Assembly: GCA_041489255.1 (NCBI GenBank) | Contig: JBGPQV010000001.1 | Span: 64,001 to 128,000, forward strand | Direction of reading: 5' to 3' | DNA length: 64,000 nucleotides | Origin: Thermoplasmata archaeon | GTDB taxonomy: Archaea > Thermoplasmatota > Thermoplasmata > RBG-16-68-12 > JAFNFQ01 | In this document: positions 29,378 through 38,300 of the stretch, piece after piece | How the letters are laid out: each line of letters begins with the position of its first letter | How positions within the stretch are numbered: the stretch's first letter is position 1 | Made by a program: the position numbers and the translations under genes | The notes under the pieces: generated by a model | Seen by the model: only the letters and a program-made list of their open reading frames with translations | What the model was told of the DNA's origin: nothing | The model's database searches: none

Positions 29378-30412
29378 TCAGAGGATACCGCCCTCGACCA
29401 CCTTCCTGATCCAGCCGAGAGCCTCGCTGTCCTCATTCTGGGCGGTCCTGAGCAGACTCGCGTACTCCGCCCGACGTTCGTCATCCGCCAGCAATTTCTC
29501 CAGACGCTCCGCCGCCTTCTCCGGGGTCGCCTGAGGATACGGAATGAGTTGGCGCGCGCTCTTCAGCGCAAGCACCTCGTGTGCGTAATGCTCTGCAGCC
29601 CTGGACAGGAGCAGCGCGGCAGGCCTCACCCTGTTGCACAGGTCGAGCAGGTAATTCTGGGCGGCCGTCCTGGCATCTATGAGCTGGTTCATGTTCAGTG
29701 ACGTCGCGAACCCGCGGTGAGCAGCGTCCCCTCTCGGTTTCTCGGAAATCCCGCCTGCCCAGGCAATATAGGCATCCAGTCCGGAAATCATCACGTGCCT
29801 CGTGTTGTGGATGGCGCAATATTCAGAGGCAATCCTGCCTTCGCCCGCGAGTCGGAGAACCGTTTCCAAAGAGGCTTTGATTAGGGCGGGCAAATCGGGT
29901 TCCTTGCCTTCTCTGAGTGTCGTTATTGGCATGAGGCCAAAGCTCTGGTGACACCACCCATACCATGGCCTGAAGTCCAGCTGCGAGTACGCATCTCCCT
30001 CGTCCAGATAGCCCCGGATGTGGAGCCGGCGCGGACTCTCCTCGTATCCGACGATGAGACACGTCTCGAAGGGGCTGGTCAGGCCGCACGAGAGCATGGG
30101 CGATTGCGTGTCGATGGATCGGCACAGCAATTCCCACATTTCCTCCGATTTCTCATCTAAGTGCGCCTCTGCCTCGATGCCGATGGATTCCGCCGCGGTC
30201 CTCACGACATCCGCGGTGACGAAATTGGCCATGTCGAGGCTCCAGTCCTGGCTCCAGTACAGGCGGAAGGCGGCTCCGCCAATCCCCATGAGCCAAGGGT
30301 ACGAGGCCTTGCGCCCGAGGGCTTCAGCGCCCGCCTTGAGAGCCCCGATGGCGGTGAAATCCTCTCCGACGCCATATCTGAGCCGGGAGACGCGGGGCGT
30401 TATCTCAGGCAT
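29378..30412 (-). CDS. Hypothetical protein (possible BtrH-like/papain-fold N-terminus)
   Basis: 344-aa ORF with LMGIGGAAFRLYW and SGLDAYIAW; fold guess only. Confidence 0.7.
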   Translation of the reverse strand: MPEITPRVSRLRYGVGEDFTAIGALKAGAEALGRKASYPWLMGIGGAAFRLYWSQDWSLDMANFVTADVVRTAAESIGIEAEAHLDEKSEEMWELLCRSIDTQSPMLSCGLTSPFETCLIVGYEESPRRLHIRGYLDEGDAYSQLDFRPWYGWCHQSFGLMPITTLREGKEPDLPALIKASLETVLRLAGEGRIASEYCAIHNTRHVMISGLDAYIAWAGGISEKPRGDAAHRGFATSLNMNQLIDARTAAQNYLLDLCNRVRPAALLLSRAAEHYAHEVLALKSARQLIPYPQATPEKAAERLEKLLADDERRAEYASLLRTAQNEDSEALGWIRKVVEGGIL

Positions 30413-30461
30413 CGTGGGGGAAAATAGCGGGAGACACTTAAGCATTCACGAAGCGGAAGAG

Positions 30462-30725
30462 CTAGTCTTGGATTACCCTGTATACCAAGTCCTTCTCTCG
30501 AACCTTCTCGCTGACCTTTATGCCGACGCTCTGGCCCGTCTCCGCGCGCTGCAGAGGCGTGTTCTCCACCTGCATCGATTCCACCTTCTGCGTCAGGTTG
30601 GTCGTGACCCCTTGGATGAGTACCGTGTCGCCGACCTGGAGGTAACTGTCTGTCAGATTGATCGCCGCCACACCCGCCTTCGTGAAATAGTGGAACACCT
30701 CCCCTACCTTCTCCTTCTCCATCAT
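30462..30725 (-). CDS. Small EF-Tu domain-II-like beta-barrel protein (U32 peptidase C-terminal-like)
   Basis: VGEVFHYFTKAGVAAI...LQVGDT...VESMQ...GQSVGIKV...VREKDLVY. Confidence 0.85.
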   Translation of the reverse strand: MMEKEKVGEVFHYFTKAGVAAINLTDSYLQVGDTVLIQGVTTNLTQKVESMQVENTPLQRAETGQSVGIKVSEKVREKDLVYRVIQD

Positions 30726-30817
30726 GTCACCGATATCTGAATAGAGGTCTCTGGATAAAAATCTATTCGCGCCTCAGGTCTCCATGAGACCGGAACCGAG
30801 ATGGCGCACCGGACAGT

Positions 30818-30832
30818 AGTAAAGCTTTAAAT
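30818..30832 (+). promoter_or_regulatory. BRE/TATA promoter of the SmAP-sugar nucleotide operon
   Basis: AGTAAAGC-TTTAAAT about 40 nt upstream of ATG 30872. Confidence 0.55.
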
Positions 30833-30871
30833 GCGGGGGGCGATACCTCAGCAACATAGGGGGAGAAACCC

Positions 30872-31087
30872 ATGGTGATGCCTCTAAGCGTGCTGGAGAA
30901 GTCGATAAACAAGCGTATCTCTCTGCTTCTGAAGGACAACAGGATTCTCGAAGGCAAGCTCATGGGCTATGACGACTACATGAACATGGTGCTCGAGGAT
31001 GCCGAGGAGACCAAAGACGAGCTCGTCCGGAGGATAGGCACCGTCGTCCTGCGCGGCAACAACGTCGTCACCATAGTCCCGAAGTAG
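30872..31087 (+). CDS. Sm-like archaeal protein (SmAP/Lsm)
   Basis: GKLMGYDDYMNMVLEDA (Sm1), VVLRGNNV (Sm2). Confidence 0.95.
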   Translation: MVMPLSVLEKSINKRISLLLKDNRILEGKLMGYDDYMNMVLEDAEETKDELVRRIGTVVLRGNNVVTIVPK

Positions 31088-31139
31088 TCCTTTATCGGCG
31101 GGGCAAGATTATTAGGTCGCGAGTTGCTTTAGTCCTTCA

Positions 31140-32147
31140 ATGCAGGCAGTCATCATAGCCGGGGGGCTCGGGACCCGGATGAGGCCCCTCACTTTCACCC
31201 GGCCGAAGCCGCTCATCCCCCTCCTCAACAGGGAAATGATCCTCCACGTGCTCGACCGCCTGCCCAGGGAAATCGAGGACGTCATCCTGCCTGTGAATTA
31301 CATGATCGACAGGATGCGGCAGTTCTTCATGGAAAACGACGTGGGGCGCAGGGTCCAGATCGTCGAGGAGAAGATCCCTCTCGGCACAGGTGGCGCGCTG
31401 AAGAACGTGGAGAACCTTCTGGGGTCAAGATTCCTCGTTTTCAATGGCGATGTCATATCTTCGATCAATGTGGACGAAATGGTGAAACGTCACGAGGACA
31501 ACGGCGGCATTGCGACTTTGGCGGTATGGGAAGTCGAGGATCCGTCCGCCTTCGGTGCTCTGGACCTCAAGGAGGGCGGCAGGATAGCACGATTCGTGGA
31601 GAAACCCAAGGAGGGTGAAGCTCCTTCGAAGCTGATCAACGCGGGCGTATACGTCTTCGAGCGCGAGGTCTTGAGGTTCATCCCTGACGGGAAACAGGTA
31701 TCGATGGAACGCGAGGTCTTCCCCAAGCTGATCAGGAAAGGACTCTACGGCTACAGGTTCGAGGGGTACTGGGCGGACGCAGGAACCCTGAAGAACTACA
31801 TCCGCGCGATGAAGATGCTCCTGGCATCCAGAGGCTCGGAGATAAATCTCTCCGTGCAAATCAAAGAAGGCGCAAAGGTCGAAAAGCCGGTGAACATCGG
31901 GCCGGGGTGCACGGTTGACGGGTCAATCGGCCCGAACGTCTCTCTCGGCTCGGAGTGCGAGATCCGTCGTGCTACCATCGCCGACTCGGCCCTGTTCGAC
32001 GGCGTCACGGTCCAGAAGGACGCCGTAATCAAGAACTCAATCATCGGATCCGGTTGCAGGATAGGCCCTCGTGCCTCCTTGACAGACTGCATCATTGAGG
32101 ACGAGGTGTCAATCAAAGCGGACCAGGTCATCACGAAAGGTGGGTGA
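31140..32147 (+). CDS. NDP-sugar pyrophosphorylase (mannose-1-phosphate guanylyltransferase-like)
   Basis: IIAGGLGTRMRPLT..RPKPL, PLGTGG, FVEKP, C-terminal left-handed beta-helix. Confidence 0.93.
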   Translation: MQAVIIAGGLGTRMRPLTFTRPKPLIPLLNREMILHVLDRLPREIEDVILPVNYMIDRMRQFFMENDVGRRVQIVEEKIPLGTGGALKNVENLLGSRFLVFNGDVISSINVDEMVKRHEDNGGIATLAVWEVEDPSAFGALDLKEGGRIARFVEKPKEGEAPSKLINAGVYVFEREVLRFIPDGKQVSMEREVFPKLIRKGLYGYRFEGYWADAGTLKNYIRAMKMLLASRGSEINLSVQIKEGAKVEKPVNIGPGCTVDGSIGPNVSLGSECEIRRATIADSALFDGVTVQKDAVIKNSIIGSGCRIGPRASLTDCIIEDEVSIKADQVITKGG

Positions 32148-32151
32148 GGCG

Positions 32152-33531
32152 TTGGGTCGTCTTTTCGGGACAAACGGGATACGCGGGATCGTCGGCAAGG
32201 ATATGACGCCCGAGCTGGCGCTCGGGATCGGGATGGCGGCCGGGATTCACTTCGGCGGGACAGTCGCAGTCGGTCGGGACACAAGGACATCGAGCAAGAT
32301 GCTCCTGGACTCCCTTGTCTCAGGGCTTACAGCCACCGGAATAAGCGTGATTGACACTGGAATCGTCCCGACGCCGTGCCTTCAGTACTACGTCAAGACC
32401 TCCAAGCTGGCTGGCGGGGTCATCATCACCGCCTCACACAACCCGCCGGAGTACAACGGCATCAAGTGCGTCGACTCGCTTGGCATGGAGTGTTCATCGG
32501 AGGATGAGAATCACATTGAGGCGCTGTACTTCGAAAGGAAATTCAAATTGAGTGGTTGGGACTCGCTCGGCAACGTCAGGCAGGCGGACGCGATTCCCAG
32601 GTACATCGAGGACATCGTCTCCAGAGTCGACGGGGAGGCCATCTCCCGCCGCAAGCCCAAGGTCGTGCTGGACTGCGGCAATGGCGCGGCCTGTTTCACC
32701 GCTCCGGATCTGCTAGTCCGCCTCGGATGCGAGCTGGTGACCCTGAACGCTCAGCCCGACGGCCGGTTCCCCGGCCGTCTCCCCGAACCTGTCCCAGCCA
32801 ACATACAGGAACTCATGCGGATTGTGAAAGAGACGAAGGCCGATGTCGGAATCGCTCACGACGGGGACGCTGACCGCGTGATTTTCGTGGACGACAAAGG
32901 CGAGTACATCTTCGGGGACAAGAGCTTGGCGCTCATGGCGGGGGATATCCTGGCGGGTCGAGGAGGAATCGTGGTCACGCCGGTGAGCTCATCCAGCTGT
33001 TTGGAGGAAGTGGTGAAGTCCCGCCACGGCGAAGTCCACTACACGCGCGTCGGCTCTCCAATCGTTGCCAGGGCGATGTACAAGCTGGGTGCGACCTTTG
33101 GCGGTGAGGAGAATGGCGGGCTGATTTTCCCGGAGCACCAGTTCTGCCGCGACGGCGCGATGGCGGCTGCCAAGATGCTCGAGATCCTAGCGCATCACAG
33201 AGAGCCCCTGTCGGGTCTGATTGCGGGACTCCCGCAATACCAGTTGTACAAGACGAGCGTTCCTCATCCTCCCGGCATGAGGGATGCCATCATGGAACAG
33301 GTCAGGAAAAGGACTGCCGGCCTCAAGGTCATCGCGGTCGATGGGGTGAAAGTCATCCACGATGACGGATGGGTCATGATCAGGCCGTCAGGGACCGAGT
33401 CGATATTCAGGGTGTTCGCCGAGGCGCGGGACAAAGAAAAGGCGGAGAGGCTCGCAAGAGAAGGTGCGGCGATGGTCCGAGATATTATCGGGAGTCTGGA
33501 GGCTCAGGCGAGCCATAGCAGTAGCAAGTAG
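32152..33531 (+). CDS. glmM: Phosphoglucosamine mutase / phosphomannomutase
   Basis: LFGTNGIRG, TASHNP, DGDADR, GEENGG, IRPSGTE; TTG start after GGTGA; substrate specificity uncertain. Confidence 0.88.
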   Translation: MGRLFGTNGIRGIVGKDMTPELALGIGMAAGIHFGGTVAVGRDTRTSSKMLLDSLVSGLTATGISVIDTGIVPTPCLQYYVKTSKLAGGVIITASHNPPEYNGIKCVDSLGMECSSEDENHIEALYFERKFKLSGWDSLGNVRQADAIPRYIEDIVSRVDGEAISRRKPKVVLDCGNGAACFTAPDLLVRLGCELVTLNAQPDGRFPGRLPEPVPANIQELMRIVKETKADVGIAHDGDADRVIFVDDKGEYIFGDKSLALMAGDILAGRGGIVVTPVSSSSCLEEVVKSRHGEVHYTRVGSPIVARAMYKLGATFGGEENGGLIFPEHQFCRDGAMAAAKMLEILAHHREPLSGLIAGLPQYQLYKTSVPHPPGMRDAIMEQVRKRTAGLKVIAVDGVKVIHDDGWVMIRPSGTESIFRVFAEARDKEKAERLAREGAAMVRDIIGSLEAQASHSSSK

Positions 33532-34277
33532 GCGATCAAAGCACCTGTGCTTGTGGCCACGAGGTTCACACCCTTCTTGTGGATCCAGCCGCGTCTCTCG
33601 ATGGTGGCCCCGAGCACACTGTCGATTTGGCATCCTAGGAAGCCAACGACGGCCGGGATCAATAGGAACCAGGATTCCGGGGGCAGAGTAACGGTTAGGC
33701 CCACTCTACTTGATAGAAAATACAGGATCAACCAGCCGAATAGGGCGGTGTACAGACTCGCACCTATGGCGCACACCTCACCCAGGACGGAAATACCGCC
33801 ATCCGTGCCAGCTTTGACTCGCTTGAATGTAGTGATGAGTCGGGCCTTGTCAGATAGTACGCCTATCTCGCTCGCGAGCGTGTCGGCACCCGCCACGGCG
33901 AGGGCAGAGAGGAATGCGAGACCTGCCCATGTGACGGGTACGAAACCAAGGTTGAGTGTCGAGAGCAGGGCAACGGCAGTCGGCGCGAACCCGTTCGCCA
34001 GAACGTTCATCGCGCCTCTCTCGCCCTTCTTACCCTCCTGGACCCCCATCGCCTCCTTGAGGGCGAACCTGTATTTCGTCGCCGCAAAGCTGGACAGCAG
34101 GAAGAAAAGTAGAAGGAAGAGCCATGTGACTTCTCCGGCTATCCCGATGATCATGCCTATGACGAATGCAGCCACCGTGCCGCCCTTTGTGAGGACCTGC
34201 TTGTAATAGGCGAGTGAGGACAGTGCGAGGCAGAGAGAAAACGTTAGCACTGCCGACTCGATGGTTGCTATGGGCAC
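33504..34277 (-). CDS. DUF92 (TMEM19-like) membrane protein
   Basis: RGAMNVLANG, ADTLASEIG, GTDGGIS..G, IDSVLGATIE, VNL; start taken at GTG 34277. Confidence 0.9.
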   Translation of the reverse strand: MPIATIESAVLTFSLCLALSSLAYYKQVLTKGGTVAAFVIGMIIGIAGEVTWLFLLLFFLLSSFAATKYRFALKEAMGVQEGKKGERGAMNVLANGFAPTAVALLSTLNLGFVPVTWAGLAFLSALAVAGADTLASEIGVLSDKARLITTFKRVKAGTDGGISVLGEVCAIGASLYTALFGWLILYFLSSRVGLTVTLPPESWFLLIPAVVGFLGCQIDSVLGATIERRGWIHKKGVNLVATSTGALIAYLLLLWLA

Positions 34278-34317
34278 GTCCCACGCCGAGAACCCTGTTC
34301 GATAATAATCTTTCGCG

Positions 34318-35340
34318 CTATCCGAACCATTGGTCGAGGGATCGCTGCTCCCTGCTCCTTGCGGCCTCGGACATCTTCTCCAGGGCAACAGTGACCCTAT
34401 CCGCCGAGAAATCGTGCTCCTCGCAGAGGAGCCTCTTAACCCCATCGGTGTCCACATCCCGCCACTGGAGACTGTAGTCAGCGGTCATCAGCGGCCTGAG
34501 GAAAATCTCCCGGATCTCTATGGCATTCTCTATCTGGACTCCAAGCCCCTCCATCGCCTTCTCGAGAGTCCCGTATTCCCTGATTAGGTTGAGCGCCTTC
34601 TTCGGGCCTACCCCTCGAACCCCTTCATTGAAGTCAGTGCCTATCAGTAGGCCCATGTCGACGAGCTGCTCCCTGGTAATTCCGAGGCCGCTCAGGGTGG
34701 AATTCAACTCCACCTGCTCTGGCTCGACATCGACATAGACATTCTTCCGCGGGAGTTTTCTTCTCCCGGTAATCGTGAGATTCCTGATCAGCGTCGGCGC
34801 ACCGAAGAGGAGGGAATCGTAGTCCTGAGACGCCGCGGCGAAGACATCTCCCTTAGCCGCCATCGCGCTTGCCTGCGCCTCACCCTCACCAGGCGCCTGC
34901 ACCATCGGCAGGCCCATGAGCTCGATCAGCCTCTTCGTTTGATCAACCATCTCCGCCGTAAGGCGGGAAGTCTGCATCGCTTTTGACCTGGCCCTCTGGA
35001 GGTCGCCCTCCTCCAGCGCCTCCTTCCATTCCCTCTCCGCCCTCTGCTTCACTTCGGCGCGGTCCTTGATTGTCTTGGCCTTGAGCTTTGGCGGCTCGCC
35101 GTCGAAAACGAACACGGGGCTGACCCCCGATTGCATCAGATTGGCGGTCCGATATAGAAGCCCGCTCAGGTGTGACGTGACCTCGCCGCGCCTATCCTTC
35201 AATGGCGTGCCATCTGGCTGCCGGATGATGGCGAGGAACTGGTAAAGGGTGTTGAAGGCATCGATGGCGACAACCTTGCCGCGGAAGTCCTCGATCTTCT
35301 TGGGAGTGGCCTTGACTATGTCCCTGAGGTTCACGCCCAT
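34318..35340 (-). CDS. fen: Flap endonuclease-1
   Basis: MGVNL, DAFNTLYQFL, EGEAQA, SQDYDSLLFG, C-terminal PIP box QRSLDQWF. Confidence 0.98.
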   Translation of the reverse strand: MGVNLRDIVKATPKKIEDFRGKVVAIDAFNTLYQFLAIIRQPDGTPLKDRRGEVTSHLSGLLYRTANLMQSGVSPVFVFDGEPPKLKAKTIKDRAEVKQRAEREWKEALEEGDLQRARSKAMQTSRLTAEMVDQTKRLIELMGLPMVQAPGEGEAQASAMAAKGDVFAAASQDYDSLLFGAPTLIRNLTITGRRKLPRKNVYVDVEPEQVELNSTLSGLGITREQLVDMGLLIGTDFNEGVRGVGPKKALNLIREYGTLEKAMEGLGVQIENAIEIREIFLRPLMTADYSLQWRDVDTDGVKRLLCEEHDFSADRVTVALEKMSEAARSREQRSLDQWFG

Positions 35341-35396
35341 CTGTTGCCGGCATCAGAGAAGTGCGGTCATAAACCTATTGATGGCAGGCCAATTTC

Positions 35397-38300
35397 TCAG
35401 GCTTCAGCCGTCTTCACTCCGAGCGCGAAGCTCTCGTCTCCAAGAGTCGCCTCCACGACATAGCCATCCGTCGGCTGCTGCTCGACGAATCGGAGATCTG
35501 CGGAATTGGTTTGGGAGGAAATGTACTCCCGCCAGTTCTTCAGCATTTTGTGGAGCCCCTTGCTCGCCTTGATCTGGAGCTGAATCCCTTGTTCTTCCTG
35601 GAGCTTCATCTCCTTCCTGACATCCTTGATTATCCTGACGATTTCCTTAGCGTAGCCTTCGGAAAGGATGTCCTCGGTCATCTCCGTGTCAACATAGACT
35701 ATGCCGCCTTCGTAGGGTTCCTCGACGACTGTCTCCGGCAGAGTCTCCTCGAACCACACCATCTCTCTGTCTATGCTGACCTTCTGACCTTCGATGCCGA
35801 CTGCGTATGCACCCTTGTTGATGCCGCTCTTGATCTTCCATGCGTCTTGGCTCTTGAGTAGTATCTCTATCTTCTTGGCCCACAGCTTGTATGCTCGGTT
35901 CAAGGCGTCAGTGTCCACCTGCACCCGTATGTTCATGCCACGCCACGTCTCGTTCGGCGGGACTATATCTAGCTCCTTAGCGAGGCTCTGGTTCACGATT
36001 ATCTTCCTGAAGGACGTGACCGCGTCTATGCCCAGCTGGGCCCCAGGCTTCACCGCCACGCGCTTCACGGGCCAGTAGCTCTCCATCCCCGCCTTCTGCT
36101 TTGCTCTGTGAACCGCTTGCAGGACCTGTCTCAGCACATCGACGTAAGCGGAGATCTCCTCGTCGGACAACTCGAGGCCTATTGTCTCCTTGGTGGCGAG
36201 CACCGCCGCCTTGACCTCCGCCGTCAGCTCCTCCGCAGGCCTTGCGGCATAATCCTTCATCTGCTTTATCAGCTCGACGACGGAAGCGAAGCCTTCCGCG
36301 TCGATCTTCGCGCGTGCCGTGTCAATGAAGTCACCATCGCCCTTCCCTCTCGGGCCAGCTTTTGCAGCCATCCGCGCCCATGCGGTGACCGCGCTCGCGT
36401 TCAACGATCCCAGGTCGGCTCCTGCGACCTGCGTGACGAACAGCAACGATCTGAGCATCTCTTGGACGCCCTCCAGCTTGGATGAATCTCCATCCCATTC
36501 CGCCAGCTGGCGCCCATACTTTTCCTGGATCATCTGAAGGAGCTCGACCATGTATAGGGGCAACAGCTTCGGCTCCTCCCCGAGGACCGCGACTCCCAGG
36601 CTCACATCGAGGGCTTGTTCGACGAGGATGTTGGCCGACTCAAAGCCCATCCGCTTCAGCCCGACCCCACTCTTGTCCACGAAGACGTCTTTTATGAACA
36701 TCTGAACCGTCTTCAGCATCTTCGCCATCTTCTCGTCGCTCAGCTGGTCGCGGAGCGATCTGGATTCGGAGGCGATCGGACGCCCATCCTTGTGGATGAG
36801 TATGACGTCCTCCACGAGGTACGTGCCAGCGTTCTCGACCTTCGCTTCCTTACTCTCCGTCAGCTCGTACCTGGATTCATCGAGCGGCCGGTGGTAGAAC
36901 ACCTGGAGGTCGACCGGGACGGTGCCGGTGCCACCGGGCCTGACGCCGAAATCGATCGTCTTCTTCTCGTTCGGCCCGATGAACGGTATGACCTTCGGCC
37001 CGTCCACATCGGATCCTCCGAACATCTTGATCTCGATGTTCTTCGCCGGCCAGTTCCCTTTGTTGGCCACCGCCACGCTATAGCGGTTCCACAGACCCTC
37101 CTGCAGCCCGCCGGTTGGCAGTGTCATGAACAGGCGGGGGTATCTGTCCTTGAGATGATCCTGGATGCGCTGGTTCACGCTGCTCCTTGCCGCCTCGAGC
37201 AGGGCTTCGAGCTCCTGTCCGCGCTCCTGACGAAGGGCGTCGGCCGCCCTCATGAGAAGGCCCTCCGCCTCCTCCACACCGACCCCGAGCTGCTTCGCCT
37301 CGACGACCGTGGAAGTCAGGCGGTCCAGCGCTTCCCTGCACCTCTTGAGAAGCGCCTCCTTCCTGCCCTCGTCCAGGCTTTCCCTTGCCCGTCTGAAATA
37401 ATCTTCGACGAGACGGTAGTTCTTCTCCTCAAGGGCGTCCTGTACCCTGCTCAGATACGACTCGGCCATGGTCACATCCGCGCCCTCGGTTCTCGCACTT
37501 TGGATGTCTTGGATTAGGTTGGTGAGGTCTGACTCGACCCGCTTTGACACCTGAGCATCTTTAGTCCTCTCCACGCCCTCCCGAATCCTCAGATGAATGT
37601 CCTGAAGCCTATCGAACTCACCGTCCTCGTACGCCTCGTCGGCGTCTCTCATTAGTATTTCCGACTGGCTGACATCGGCACCGATCTCCCTCATCTCGTC
37701 GACATACTGGTGAGTCGTGTCCCTGAGACTCTTCATCTTCGACTTAAACTTGTCAACCGCCTTGGTGGCCTCGTCCCTCGCCTTGTTGATTGCCTGCCAG
37801 GCGGTCTCCGGATCGATCGCGGCATATTCCTTCGCTTGACCGAGAAGCTTCTCCACCTCAGTCGCATCCTCATCGAGCAGGGTCGTGCTACGCAATATCC
37901 TGACGGCTTCAGTCACAGGACTAGATTCCAGAGCACCGAGAGAGGCTCCCTTCTGATCGGTCACGAAGATGAGCTTGGCCACGTACTCGTTGATGCCCTC
38001 AAGTTCCTGCATCATCCCCGACCAACCATCAAGGGCTTTTCCGTATCGCTCCTCTACTTGCCTGAGGACTTCCACCATGTACAAGGGTAGCAGGTCGGGC
38101 TCGTCGCCGACGGTCACGCAGGCGACGTATGTGTGCTCGCTCTTCTCCAGCAGTATCTTGCTTTCCCCGAATTCCAGACGTTTGAGGCCGGTTTTCGTTC
38201 TTTGCCTGAACGAGTCCTTCACGAAGTCTTGAACCACCGTGAGCATGCCGCTGAATATGTCCTCGTCTATGCTCTCTCTGAACTTCCTCGTCTGGTGATT

